A stretch of DNA of 64,000 nucleotides from Mobula hypostoma. Its lineage: Eukaryota. The stretch spans positions 199,952,001 through 200,016,000 of the forward strand of contig NC_086097.1 in the NCBI RefSeq assembly GCF_963921235.1. Direction: 5' to 3'. Made by a program: the position numbers and the translations under genes. Each line of letters opens with the position of its first letter. Positions within the stretch are counted from its first letter, which is position 1. Shown one piece after another: positions 1 to 12,000 of this stretch. The notes below the pieces were generated by a model. It did not search any database and was not told the origin of the DNA. It worked only from the letters and a program-made list of their open reading frames with translations.

Positions 1-11
1 TTTCTGACCAT

Positions 12-166
12 ATGTCTTTGGAATTTGGAAGTAAACCAAATCACTCAGAGGAATCCCATGGAATTACGGGAAGACCATGAAATTCTTTAGTGGTGGGAAT
101 TGAACCCTGATCTGTGATTGCTGTCACTGTAAAGCATTGTGCTAACCACTACCACTACCCTACTGT
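12..166 (-). mobile_element. Degenerate tRNA-derived V-SINE (HE1-like) fragment
   Basis: Reverse-complement B box (gggaattgaaccc) and V-domain-like segment; similar degenerate copies near 24270-24430, 25040-25190, 34540-34670, 50765-50930, 62005-62180 and 62310-62440. Confidence 0.6.
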
Positions 167-1119
167 GTCATGTATTAAGGACAACTTCTTCCCTTGCACT
201 GTCAGATCTGTGAATGATCATGAACCCATGAACGCTATCTTGGTATTTGTTGTTTGCACTATTTACTTAGTTCTGGAATTTATAGAATTTTTTTTTGTCT
301 TGCACTGTACTGCTGCTCCAAAACAACAAATTTCACAGCATCTGCCAATGATAATAAACCGGATTTTGATTTTGATTCATTGCAGTGTAAGGCAGAAAAT
401 TCTCAGCTACCTGTACCAAATGTCAAAAGAAGCCTCATTTTCAACTTGGGAGAATTATCCAGCAATATTCTGCCTAAGTCTGTACTGGAAGACAACTCTG
501 TCCTAGTTCTGTTACTTTAACAGTCATTCAAAGTCCAGTCCTAATATTTTGCTGGGCTGAAGATTGCATATATGTGGTAATACTAAAAATAGACTCCTGA
601 TTGGTATGCAGTGTCTCCTCATTGAGAAACACATGTACAGTACATGCAGCAATGTGCACCAAGATTTATGAGAAATTTAGAATTTATAGTGCTATAAATT
701 TGTCATTACAAAATTAATAGGACCATATCCCTTAGCTTTTTTCTATTAGCTGTGTCAAAGCAAGATTAAAAATCACTTCTCACTAACTTGTAATTAGAAA
801 TGACAAGAAAATCTCATTTCGCTTTTAATCAAAACCAGCCTAATGATGTATTCACTATCAACACTAATTTTAAACTAAACAGAGACCCCTGTGTACACCC
901 TGCTAACTCCAAAGCTCAACCCAGCATCTAAAATTTAAGATCTGAAATAATTCTGTAACATTCTATGGCAGCTGTTCCCCCACCCCACCATTAACAAGCC
1001 CTTACAGTAGCTAACCTGTAACATTTTTAAAGAAAGCATTATTAACCAATAACCTCACATGGTCTGTACACACCAAATGTGTAGTGAAAAAGGCACAACA
1101 GTTGAGGTAGAGCTTTCTA

Positions 1120-1722
1120 CAGGGGCACAATTGAGAGCATGCTGACTGGCTACATCACTGCCTGGTATGGGAACTGTACCTCCCTTAAACACAGGACTCT
1201 GCAGAGAGTGGTGCGGACAGACCAGCGCATCTGTAGATGTGAACTTTCTATGAATGAGGACATTTACAAGGAGAAGTGTGTGAAAAGGGCCCGAAACCTT
1301 CGTCAGGGTTCCGGCCCGAAACGTCAACCGATCTTTTCCACAGATGCTGCCCGACCTGCTGAGTTCCTCCAGCGTGTTGTGAGTGTTGCTTTGACCCCAG
1401 CATCTGCAGATTATTTTCTGAAAAGGGCCCGTAGGATCATTGGGAACCCAAGCCATCCCAACCACAATCTATTCCAGCTGCTACCATCCAGGAAGCAGTA
1501 CCGCAGCATAGAGGCCAGGATCAACAGGCTCAGGGACAACTTCTTTCATCAGGCCATCAGTCTGATGAACTCACGCTGACTTGAGTGTACTCTAGATTAC
1601 ATTGACTGTTCTATTTATTATAAATTAGTATGATTGTACATTGCACATTTAGATAGAGACGTACCATAAAGATTTTTACTCATGTATGTGAAGGATGTAA
1701 GAAATAAAGTCAATTCAATTCA
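1120..1722 (+). mobile_element. Rex1/Babar-type LINE 3' fragment, interrupted by a 125-bp insertion
   Basis: ORF 1139..1579 has ITAWYGNC...LQRVVR...PSHP...FQLLPS...RLRDNFF, typical of the Rex1/Babar C-terminus; ends in aataaa plus a (caatt)n tail. Confidence 0.8.
1294..1418 (+). mobile_element. Short Penelope-derived insertion with 13-bp target-site duplication
   Basis: tgaaaagggcccg at 1281-1293 and 1419-1431; the insert resembles the terminal sequence at 23821-23948. Confidence 0.8.
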
Positions 1723-1829
1723 GCTGATTTAGACAGAATATGAAATAGTGCTTTCATTAGCAATTCCACAATACATCTGACAAGCAAGTTGAACCTAGCT
1801 GAGAACCTTAGAGATACAGCATGACATCA

Positions 1830-4110
1830 GAATATTTAGAACATAGAACGTAGAATAGTACAGCACAGTACAGGCCCTTCGGCCCACAATGTTGTGCCGA
1901 CCCTCAAACCCTGCCTCCCATATAAGCCCCCACCTTAGATTCCTCCATATACCTGTCTAGTAGTCTCTTAAACTTCACTAGTGTATCTGTCTCCACCACT
2001 GACTCAGGCAGTGCATTCCACGCACCAACCACTCTCTGAGTAAAAAACCTTCCTCTAATATCCCCCTTGAACTTCCCACCCCTTACCTTAAAGCCATGTC
2101 CTCTTGTATTGAGCAGTGGTGCTCTAGTGAAGAGGCGCTGGCTATCCACTCTATCTATTCCTCTTATTATCTTGTACACCTCTATCATGTCTCCTCTCAT
2201 CCTCCTTCTCTCCAAAGAGTAAAGCCTTAGCTCCCTTAATCTCTGGTCATAATGCATACTCTCTAAACCAGGCAGCATCCTGGTAAATCTCCCCTGTACC
2301 CTTTCCAATGCTTCCACATCCTTCCTATAGTGAGGTGACCAGAACTGGACACAATACTCCAAGTGTGGCCTAACCAGGGTTTTATAGAGCTGCATCATTA
2401 CATCGCGACTCTTAAACTCTATCCCTCGACTTATGAAAGCTAACACCCCATAAGCTTTCTTAACTACCCTATCCACCTGTGAGGCAACTTTCAGGGATCT
2501 GTGGACATGTACCCCAAGATCCCTCTGCTCCTCCACACTACCAAGTATCCTGCCATTTACTTTGTTCTCTGCCTTGGAGTTTGTCCTTCCAAAGTGTACC
2601 ACCTCACACTTCTCCGGGTTGAACTCCATCTGCCACTTCTCAGCCCACTTCTGCATCCTATCAATGTCTCTCTGCAATATTTGACAATCCTCTACACTAT
2701 CTACAACAACACCAACCTTTGTGTCGTCTGCAAACTTGCCAACCCACCCTTCTACCCCCACATCCAGGTTGTTAATAAAAATCACGAAAAGTAGAGGTCC
2801 CAGAACAGATCCTTGTGGGACACCACTAGTCACAATCCTCCAATCTGAATGTACTCCCTCCACCACCACCCTCTGCCTTCTGCAGGCAAGCCAATTCTGA
2901 ATCCACATTGCCAAACTTCCCTGGATCCTATTCCTTCTAACTTTCTGAATAAGCCTACCATGTGGAACCTTGTCAAATGCCTTACTAAAATCCATATAGA
3001 TCACATCCACTGCACTACCCTCATCTATATGCCTGGTCACCTCCTCAAAGAACTCTATCAGGCTTGTTAGACACGATCTGCCCTTCACAAAGCCATGCTG
3101 ACTGTCCCTGATCAGACCATGATTCTCTAAATGCCTATATATCCTATCTCTAAGAATCTTTTCCAACAGCTTTCCCACCACAGACGTAAGGCTCACTGGT
3201 CTATAATTACCCGGACTATCCCTACTACCTTTTTTGAACAAGGGGACAACATTCACCTCCCTCCAATCCTCCAGTGCCATTCCCATGGACAACAAGGACA
3301 TAACGATCCTAGCCAGAGGCTCAGCAATCTCTTCTCTTACCTCGTGGAGCAGCCTGGGGAATATTCCATCAGGTCCCGGGGACTTATCTGTCCTAATGTA
3401 TTTTAACAACTCCAACACCTCCTCTCCCTTAATATCAACATGCTCCAGAACATCAACCTCACTCATATTATCCTCACCATCATCAAGTTCCCTCTCATTG
3501 GTCAATACCGAAGAGAAGTATTCATTGAGGACCTCGCTCACTTCCATAGCCTCCAGGCACATCTTCCCACCTTTATCTCTAATCAGTCCTACCTTCACTC
3601 CTGTCATCCCTTTTTTCTTCACATAATTGAAGAATGCCTTGGGGTTTTCCTTTACCCTACTCGCCAAGGTCTTCTCATGCCCCCTTCTTGCTCTTCTCAG
3701 CCCCTTCTTAAGCTCCTATCTTGCTTCCCTATATTCCTCAATAGACCCAGCTGATCCTTGCTTCCTAAACCTCATGTATGCTGCCTTCTTCCTCCTGACT
3801 AGATTTTCCACCTCACTTGTCACCCATGGTTCCTTCACCCTACCATTCTTTATCTTCCTCACCGGGACAAATTTATCCCTTACATCCCGCAAGAGATCTC
3901 TAAACATCGACCAAATTTCCCTGCAAAAACATCATCCCAATTTACACCCGCAAGTTCTAGCCTTATAGCCTCATAATTTGCCTTTCCCCAATTTAAAATT
4001 TTCCTGTCCTCTTTGATTCTATCCTTTTCCATGATAATTATAAAGGCCAGGGAGCGGTGGTCACTGTCCCCCAGATGCTCACCCACCGAGAGATCTGTGA
4101 CCTGACCCGA
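1830..4110 (-). mobile_element. CR1 LINE, 5'-truncated, with uninterrupted 587-aa RT-to-C-terminus ORF (1904..3667)
   Basis: Motifs KSPGPDG, NYRPVSLTS, DFSKAFD, GVPQGSVLGP, FADD, RPHLEYC; endonuclease end (GDSDH) near 4070; ttctatg-type microsatellite tail at about 1830-1860. Confidence 0.96.
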
Positions 4111-4184
4111 TATTTGGCTCAACTCACCCATGACAACCAAGATACCTATTCTAGCTAATCCCCTCTGCCTATATTAGCATGTAA

Positions 4185-4806
4185 GTGTCATCACAAAGAA
4201 GGTACAACAACATCTCTAATCTCTTTGAAATTAGTGTAAATTTGTTATGGCACCAGAAGCTTTGATAAACTTCCATAAATGCACAATGAAGAGTATCCTA
4301 ACTAGTTGAATCACGGCCTGGTATGGAAACTCCAATGTCCAAGAATGGAAAAGGCTAGAGAAAGTGGTGGACACAGCCCAATCCATCACTGGCAAAGTCT
4401 TGGCCACCATTGAGCACATTTACATGGAGTACTGCCACTAGAAAGCAACATCAAAGACCCCACCATCTAGACCATGCTCTCTTCTCACTCTACCATTGGA
4501 AAGGAGATACAGAACCCACACCATCAGCTCCAGGAACAGTTATTATCCTATAACCATCAGACTCCTGAACCAGTGTGGGTAACTTCAGTCACTACTACTC
4601 TGAACTGATTCTCACTTTCAAAGATTATTTGATAACTCATGTTCCCAGCATTATTTTTTTTTAAAAACAGGGTTTTTCTTGTTTTGCATGTTGGTGGTTT
4701 GTCCATCTTTCACTGTTTATTGTATTGTTTTTTTTTCTAGTAGGTGCCTACAAGAAAATACATTTGTAGGTAATATATGGTAACATATATATGCTTTATT
4801 AATAAA
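4185..4806 (+). mobile_element. Degenerate Rex1/Babar LINE 3' fragment
   Basis: Remnants of ESILT..ITAWYGN and HP.HALFSLLP.GRRYR in broken frames; ends at aataaa. Confidence 0.75.
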
Positions 4807-4849
4807 CAAAGCATCTACATATATGTTACCATATACTATCTACAGACTC

Positions 4850-5225
4850 ACATGATAGGTAAAGATAGAGATGTACAAGATGCTAAGAGGTAGGGGTCGA
4901 ATGGATTGCCAGAAACTTTTTCCCAGGGTAGAAATGACCAATACGTGGATGCATAATTCTTATGTGATTGGAGGGATAAAGGGAGAATATCAGAGGTATG
5001 TTCTTTACACAGAGAGTGGTGAGTTCATGGAATGTCTTGCCAGGGGTAGTGGTTGAGGCAGATATATTAAGGCATTTAAGAAACTCTTAGTTGGGCACTT
5101 GAGTGATAGAAAATGGAGGACCAGGAAGGAGAGAAGGGTTAGATTGATCTTTGAGTAGGTTAAAAGGTTACCACAACATTGTGAGTTGAAGGGTCTATAC
5201 TCTGCTGTACTGTTCTATATTCTAA
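4850..5225 (+). mobile_element. CR1 3' fragment
   Basis: YKMLRG..R.DCQKLFPR remnant and CR1 3'UTR ending in ttctatattcta. Confidence 0.75.
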
Positions 5226-6479
5226 ATTTACATTGAACTTTTCTATTTGGCTTACATTACTCTAAACTTTTCATATGCATGTAACTATTCAAATGTTTTA
5301 AATGCTGTAATTGTACCTGCCTCTTACACTTCCTCTTGTTCCATATACCATATTTAGAATTGTCTAGCAGATTTGTGAAAACCTTTTTATAGGTAGCGCT
5401 GTAAATAATAGGAGGACTTTAAGCAAAAAAGCAATCCTTAGAATAAAATTCCTAATTTATTGAATATAGCAAATTGTTCTTGTGATTTTATAAGCTTTAT
5501 AGGCAAATAGGATTAGTCCAGATGGGCAAAGGGATCGACATGGGTTTGATGCACAAAAGTGCTCAATTCTGTACTATAAAATATTATGACTATGTAATAT
5601 TACACTGCATCCTATTATACAGGAAAATAGGAAGAAATAATCTGTTCATGCCTGTTTTCAATTATTAATAGCTGAAACTGTATGAATAATAAATATGAGA
5701 AAATATATCCATAAATACTTGTAATGCTTTCCCTTCCTTTTGGTAGAATAAATCGATACATAGTTAGAGGCACCTAATAGAAACAACAAAATTAGCAGAG
5801 GTTCACATACTAAACTGTCTACGAATAAGAAGTTGGCAGAGCACTATGAAGTTATTTCAATATTTTCTTCTGCACTGAGTGCACAGTTTTTTTCATCTAT
5901 TATGCCTGTCTTTCAAATGCCTGTGACATTTAGAAATGGCAAGACAGCTCTCCAAGAGGTACAGCAGGGGTATCAGAAAACTAGCGGTGATGCCTATCTG
6001 TTCGACTGTTTCAAGCTGGGAGGAAGCGTATCTGCCTCTCTCCTCTTGCCATTTTGTTTTGGTGGTGTCTGCGACATTAATGCAAGCAATGCAAAGAGAA
6101 AAGGAGAAAAACAAATATATTCAAAGCCTCAGCAAAAACAAAATATTTTAAACTATTTTCAACGAAACACTTTTAAACAAATGATTCATTATTTGTCACC
6201 CTCTTAAAGAGTGCATTTATATTTTTTATGAGACAAAGTGCTGAAATTGTAAGTTATTAGCATTGCAGTGAGTAAAACCCGATTCCAGGGGGGAGAGAAC
6301 AAGCAGCTGTTGTTAAACAGAGTAAGTGACTTGGAAATTAACAGTACAAAAACTGAGAAGGAAGTGTAAATTACCGTGGCTGCATTTTACTGACAGATCA
6401 CACCAAGAAAGATGAGAGTAGAAGGGAAAGACTGGCTTAAAAGAGAGGAAGAACAAAGAGACATAAAGGAAAACATGCA

Positions 6480-6950
6480 TGGGACATAGAACAATACAGT
6501 GCCAGACCAGGCCCATCGGCTCATTATGTCTGTGCCAGCCAAAATGCACAAAGTCCACGCCCTTCAATTCCCTGTCTATTCATTTTCCTGTTTCACTGCT
6601 TCTTAAATATTTCTATTGTATCAGCTTTCACCATTGAAAACAACTTTACTGGAACAATATTGTGTTTGTTCCAGGCATCTACTAGTCTCAATATAAGCAA
6701 AAACCTGCCTTGTAAGTCTCTCTTAAACTTTCCTCCTCTCTTGTGAAAGCTATACCTTCCAGTATTTAAAAAATAGGGAAAAATTGCTCTAACTATCCTA
6801 TAGAATTTTATATACTTCTGTCAGGTTACCCTTCAACCTCTGATGCTCTGAGAAAACCAACGAAGTTTGTCCAATTTCTCCTTATAGATAACACTCTCTA
6901 ATTTTTACCTCTTCTCCAACTTCTCCAAAGTCTTCAAACCCTTCCTGTAA
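6480..6950 (-). mobile_element. Degenerate CR1 3' fragment
   Basis: Starts with catagaacaatacag (reversed tail) and is colinear with 1850-2330. Confidence 0.65.
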
Positions 6951-9011
6951 CTTTGCATCTTACATCTATAAATTTCCAATAACAATATCTGAAGAAATAT
7001 GTGAGAAGTTGAGCTTCCAGTACCTTTGGTGCAGTTAATGGGTGCTATTTATGGTATTGATGGGTACAGTGGTACCAGGATTACATGTGTCCAGGACAAG
7101 TGGGCTGTCAAGCCTGTTAGATACATGGTCCAGAGTTTTACTTCAATAAATTTCCTGGTAACTGCATGAATGCATTCAGGCTTCAAGCAGTATCCATCAT
7201 GCGTCCTCAGCAAGGTAGAACCCCACAGGCTGCTGGGGGAGTGGGGGGTGGGTGGGCAGTGAAGCAATGGAAACCGGATGTTGGTATTTGTCAACGTGAT
7301 TCAGCAGACATGCCTAGACACTGATATAGTGGTGGCATTGCCTAGCTACCAGCTAACTATCGCACCTTCATCTACACAATCCTGTAGCAAGATCTTGACA
7401 GTCAAAGAGACCTTGCAACATTCTCGAAATTCACTTTCAATTCAGCTGCGAGCACGTCATATTTCATTGTGACTTAAAGGCAGTCAACTGAGTAAAGGAC
7501 AGCTGGAGAGAGAATGGAGAGAGCATACATGGCATGAGAGTGTGAGGTATCTTGGTGAAGATAGAAAAATGTGAATCAGAAGAATCTCTGGGATTAGGAT
7601 TTTTACGTTCATGTGCGTGCTTCCTGGGGTGGATTCCCATTCTAGTCAGCATGCCAATCATCACCATACTGATTACTCCAGTACTTTGACCAGAAAAGGT
7701 TCCTAATTCTTGGTGTCTATTAAATACTGTAAAAGTCACTCAGTGTGGGGTTTCAATCAAATCAATGAGTTTTGGAACTTGCTTCAATAGCCCATCCTAA
7801 AATCTCAAGGATGACAGTGATGTGCCTTTAAATCACAATAAAATGCGATGTACACACAGCTGAGTTGGAAGTGATTTTTGAGAATGTTGCACCCAATAAG
7901 CTGATTATGAATTAAAGGCAGAAAACAGAGCTTCGCCCAGCAATGCTATTTTAGCTGCAGAAATAATAGCCTGAAATTGTTTTCTGTACACAGGTGAATA
8001 GCAGATGTAAGTGCCCAGGCTAATTTATGATATGTGCTAATTCTAACCAAACCTCTGCATCAAGACTTTATATTATACATTAAATAGTTTATATCTACTA
8101 CTTGGTGTGAAAAAGTGACTTAGTGAGTCCAATTCTAAGCACTGTAAGAGCTAATTTTCTGTACCAGAGTGGTTTACTGGTTGTAATTCACCTTATTACT
8201 TTGCTAAACTGACAGGGCAAAAATATACTTCTGCCTAGCAAATTTATTGTGTAATGCATATGTTCAACTCTTTGCAAACAGCAAGATAGGACTTTCATAA
8301 ACCCAGCAGAGGAATGGCACAACTCAGATGATAACTTTGGAGCTTAACTGTGTGACTGTCCATTCCTGAAGACACTGCACCAACTGTAATGACAAGATAT
8401 AGAAGCCTCACAATTTAGAAAACAAATAATTCTTCATTATTGTTATGATGTTTAAATTAATATTCAAGGTAACCACAATTTAAAAACTATTTAAACTAGC
8501 CATTCCATTTCCTAGTTGTTTCTAATGAACTGTTGGATATTGATCATGGTTCCATCTGAATCAATAATTTCTTCTGCAGCCTATTCAAAGGTAAAACCTT
8601 GCAGCTGTTGTCTTCAGTTGGTAGGGCAGAAATCCAAAACATCAAGTAAATCAGGATAGTCATTTCAAAAAAGAGCAACAGATTGGATAGAATGTAAATG
8701 CTTTCCAATGAAAAGATAAAAGAACACTCCGAGAAAAGCCTTTAATAATTTAATCTTTTTAAGTCCAAATCTCCTCCTTAAGCATTACAATATTGATTAA
8801 CATTTAACATTTGATGGATTAAAATAGAGCATATTGATTAATTGATCAATGTACTTATATTAACTACCTCTCATGTTACTGGATTCACCATGTCCATTTA
8901 ACACAATATTAATAAAAAGTTATTGCTAATAGATATAGAAATTATTTTTCCAGGATATTCCAAAGTGACTCATAGTTTCATGAGAATATTTCTTTTCTTA
9001 ATTTATGGTAG

Positions 9012-9055
9012 TCAGTTTGATTTGCAGATTTTTGACAGGCATATCTTCTTCAAAG
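9012..9055 (-). CDS. HHLA1: HHLA1 terminal coding exon SLKKICLSKICKSN-stop
   Basis: Acceptor ctctgtctactgcag, 44 nt to TGA; matches recalled human C-terminus LKQKCLENICKSV. Confidence 0.93.
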
Positions 9056-12000
9056 CTGCAGTAGACAGAGGTAGATACTGTATTACAGATCTGAGGATTT
9101 TCAGCTTACATACAAACGAAGGAGTTCTTCATAAATGTCATCAGTGATAACTGAATAGTGGTAATTTCATATTCAAACACTTTGAATTGAGGATACTAAA
9201 AAGGATCATATCATTAGCTCTCAATGATCCCTGCTTACTCATTAGCACTGTCTGACTGCACTAAATTTAACTCTTACTTATCATGCAGTATATATCCCTA
9301 CTGCACCCTTCAATTCTCTGAATCTGGACTTTCATGCATCCCTTTCATGCATTCTAGGCCCTGTCATTGATGGTAAAAATTACAAATGCCTGGATAGCCT
9401 CCATAAGCAGTCCCTCAATCCCTGTCCCTTTCTCCCCATTTTAACTAGCTTTAAAGCTGCATCTCTTCTGCTCTGTTGTACTTACATTTCAACTTAGAAG
9501 ATTTCTTTGTGACCCTGCAGATGTTATTTTTTTGTGCCTGGTACCAGGAATAGTGATCAGTGCAATACCTGCATATACATTAAATTACTGTTAAAATTTC
9601 CATTCAAGAAGAGGTACACACATTTTAATCTGCCATTTTGTTTAAATTATTTTCACAGATAAATGAATGAAAAGGAGAAAAATAATCATCACAAAGAAGT
9701 GATCAGTCAGTAATTAGCCATCAAAGTTGAAAGGATTTAAATCCAATTACTCAGACAGTTTAGGAATGATTTTGGAGAATAATTCTAATAAGAGGAGAAG
9801 GTATATGTGGTCTTCCCATTCACTGGAAGTTTTTTTCCCCCCCGCTGAAAATTCCTCTGATATGAAGCTTTAGAACAGTTTATGTTACTTGTCAGGAAAA
9901 TTGTCAGGAGTATCACTGAACCTGCTACACAGATCTTCAACGCAAACACGAGGAAAACACAGATTTTCAAACCTCCTCTCCTCAGAAGAGGCATTGTAAT
10001 TGAATGTTTAAGAAATTAAAGTTTACCTTAAACATCCCAGATCCTTCATTTAAACAATAGGTTACATTTATGTTGCTTTCAATGGGGAGAACACAGCAAA
10101 GACTTTCATGGGACCAATGAAGTTAGACAGTGACTATTTATATGCTGACCTTTAAAGCAGCTGAAAAATGTTTGGACCTCAAATTCTATTCTGGGGAGAT
10201 CCTGCTACTGCTGATGGTTCTCAAAGAAACCACAGGCATCCTTTGTTGCTCTTCATGAAGGAATCATGGAAACGGTGTCTTTAAGGCAGAGGTCATTAGG
10301 TATTTGATAAAAGGTGAAAAGGTTACAATGGCCAGCCCAGGAATGTAGAATGGAGGTTATCATTAGTGCAGTCATTAATAGCAGGACAGCATGAGGTACT
10401 CCATCTCCTAATCTTTATATTCACACATGTAAGCTGTGATGTTTATCCTGTGAAATTCCTTCAAGGAAATAGTTCATACTTAGCACAGAAATTCAGACAC
10501 CTTCCATTGTCCATCTTACTTGACTGAAGCAAAAGATAGACAGATTACATCCAAACTAAACTTGTAACCAAAATATGACATTGCAACAATGTGTAAGTGA
10601 AAGGCAGGTAAGACTAGCTGATTACCTGCATCCCATGAATAGGGGCTGTACCACTGGAAAGCACCCATATTTTATATCTTACTTACCAAGAACCAAGTTT
10701 CTTACAAGCATCGGAGATTATTTATGAATTCATGATATTGCTTAAAATCCAATGTTAATTTACATGTCAACATCCTATTTCTGAGTCAGAAATCAAATCC
10801 AAAATAATATTCAGTTTCACTTACATTATGACAGCTCTCTGTGATTGAATTCCTCTCTTAATTTTGCATAGGCATCGTTGAAAGAATCGGCAAAGTTCCA
10901 GAACACACTGATCTATGTTTTGTATACCCTCAATGGGCTTTTCTTCCTCTTTTTGCTTGGGAATACTTCTGCAGTCTACCATAAAAGTTAAATCCTTGTT
11001 TATAATAAACTTAGAGCAACATGATGTCCAGTCAGCAGCATTACAAACTCCAGGGTATCTTTATCCTAAGCTTTATTACTTTAATAGGTCATTGAACCAC
11101 ATGATCCTACAGCACAGAAACAGGCCCTTGTGGTCTGCATTGTCCATGGAAATTGTAACGCCCATCTATGCTACTCCCTTTGCCTGCATTAAATCTATAT
11201 CCCTCCATGCCTTTCCAACTAAATGCCCTTTAAAAGTTGCATCTGCATCTCCATTCACTATCTATTCTGGCAACTTCTTCTAGATAACTTTCACATTCTG
11301 TGTGAAAAATTTACCCATCAGATCTCCTCTAAATTGCTCCCATTTCACTTTTATCCTGGGATTTGAGGTCATTTTCCACTGCCCTGGGAAAAGTCTTTAA
11401 TTATCCATTTCAATTTTTGCCCATAATAAATTTAAAACCACCTTTGAAGATAGCCCTCAACCCTCCATGTTCCAGTGAGAATAAACCCAGTCTATCCAAT
11501 CCCTCCTTATAACTACAGCCCTCTATTCCAGGGAATATCCTAGTGTAGCTCCCCTACCACAAAAAATTGGATTGTTCCAGTACTATGTTGATAATTCATT
11601 AATAACTTCATGTTCAAAGTATATGATAGCCACATTGATCCAAGAATTTCTGTGGGTGTTACAAAGGTTTCAGGGTAGATAAAAAAAATAAAAAACACAG
11701 ATTTATATTATGCATGATATCCTGCTAATTGAACCATTTGGCTAATAGCCAACAGGGAACATTTGGAAGTGAAAAATGCTGCTGGAGATTTGAGGGACAT
11801 TTCAGTGCAGACATGATCAACTGAATGGCCTCCTGCTTTGCTTTGTCATAAAATTTTAAAAAAAACATCATTTCAGACTACTCTCTTCTTTTGATTGCTT
11901 GGATGTTGGGAAACTGAGCTTTAATTTAACCTGAGATTAATAAAATCCCTACATTATTAAAACAAAAACACAGCTACACCCTATAGGACATCTGAAAATG

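Noticed and set aside
5893..6114. Minus-strand ORF with an acceptor-like site; considered as an OC90 exon
   Set aside because: No resemblance to OC90 phospholipase A2-like motifs in any frame. No OC90 exon was recognised in 1-8900.
9885..9921. Phase-compatible alternative last exon (M)FSDTPDNFPDK* on the minus strand
   Set aside because: No homology. Exons 9486-9568 and 9012-9055 supply the conserved HHLA1 C-terminus.
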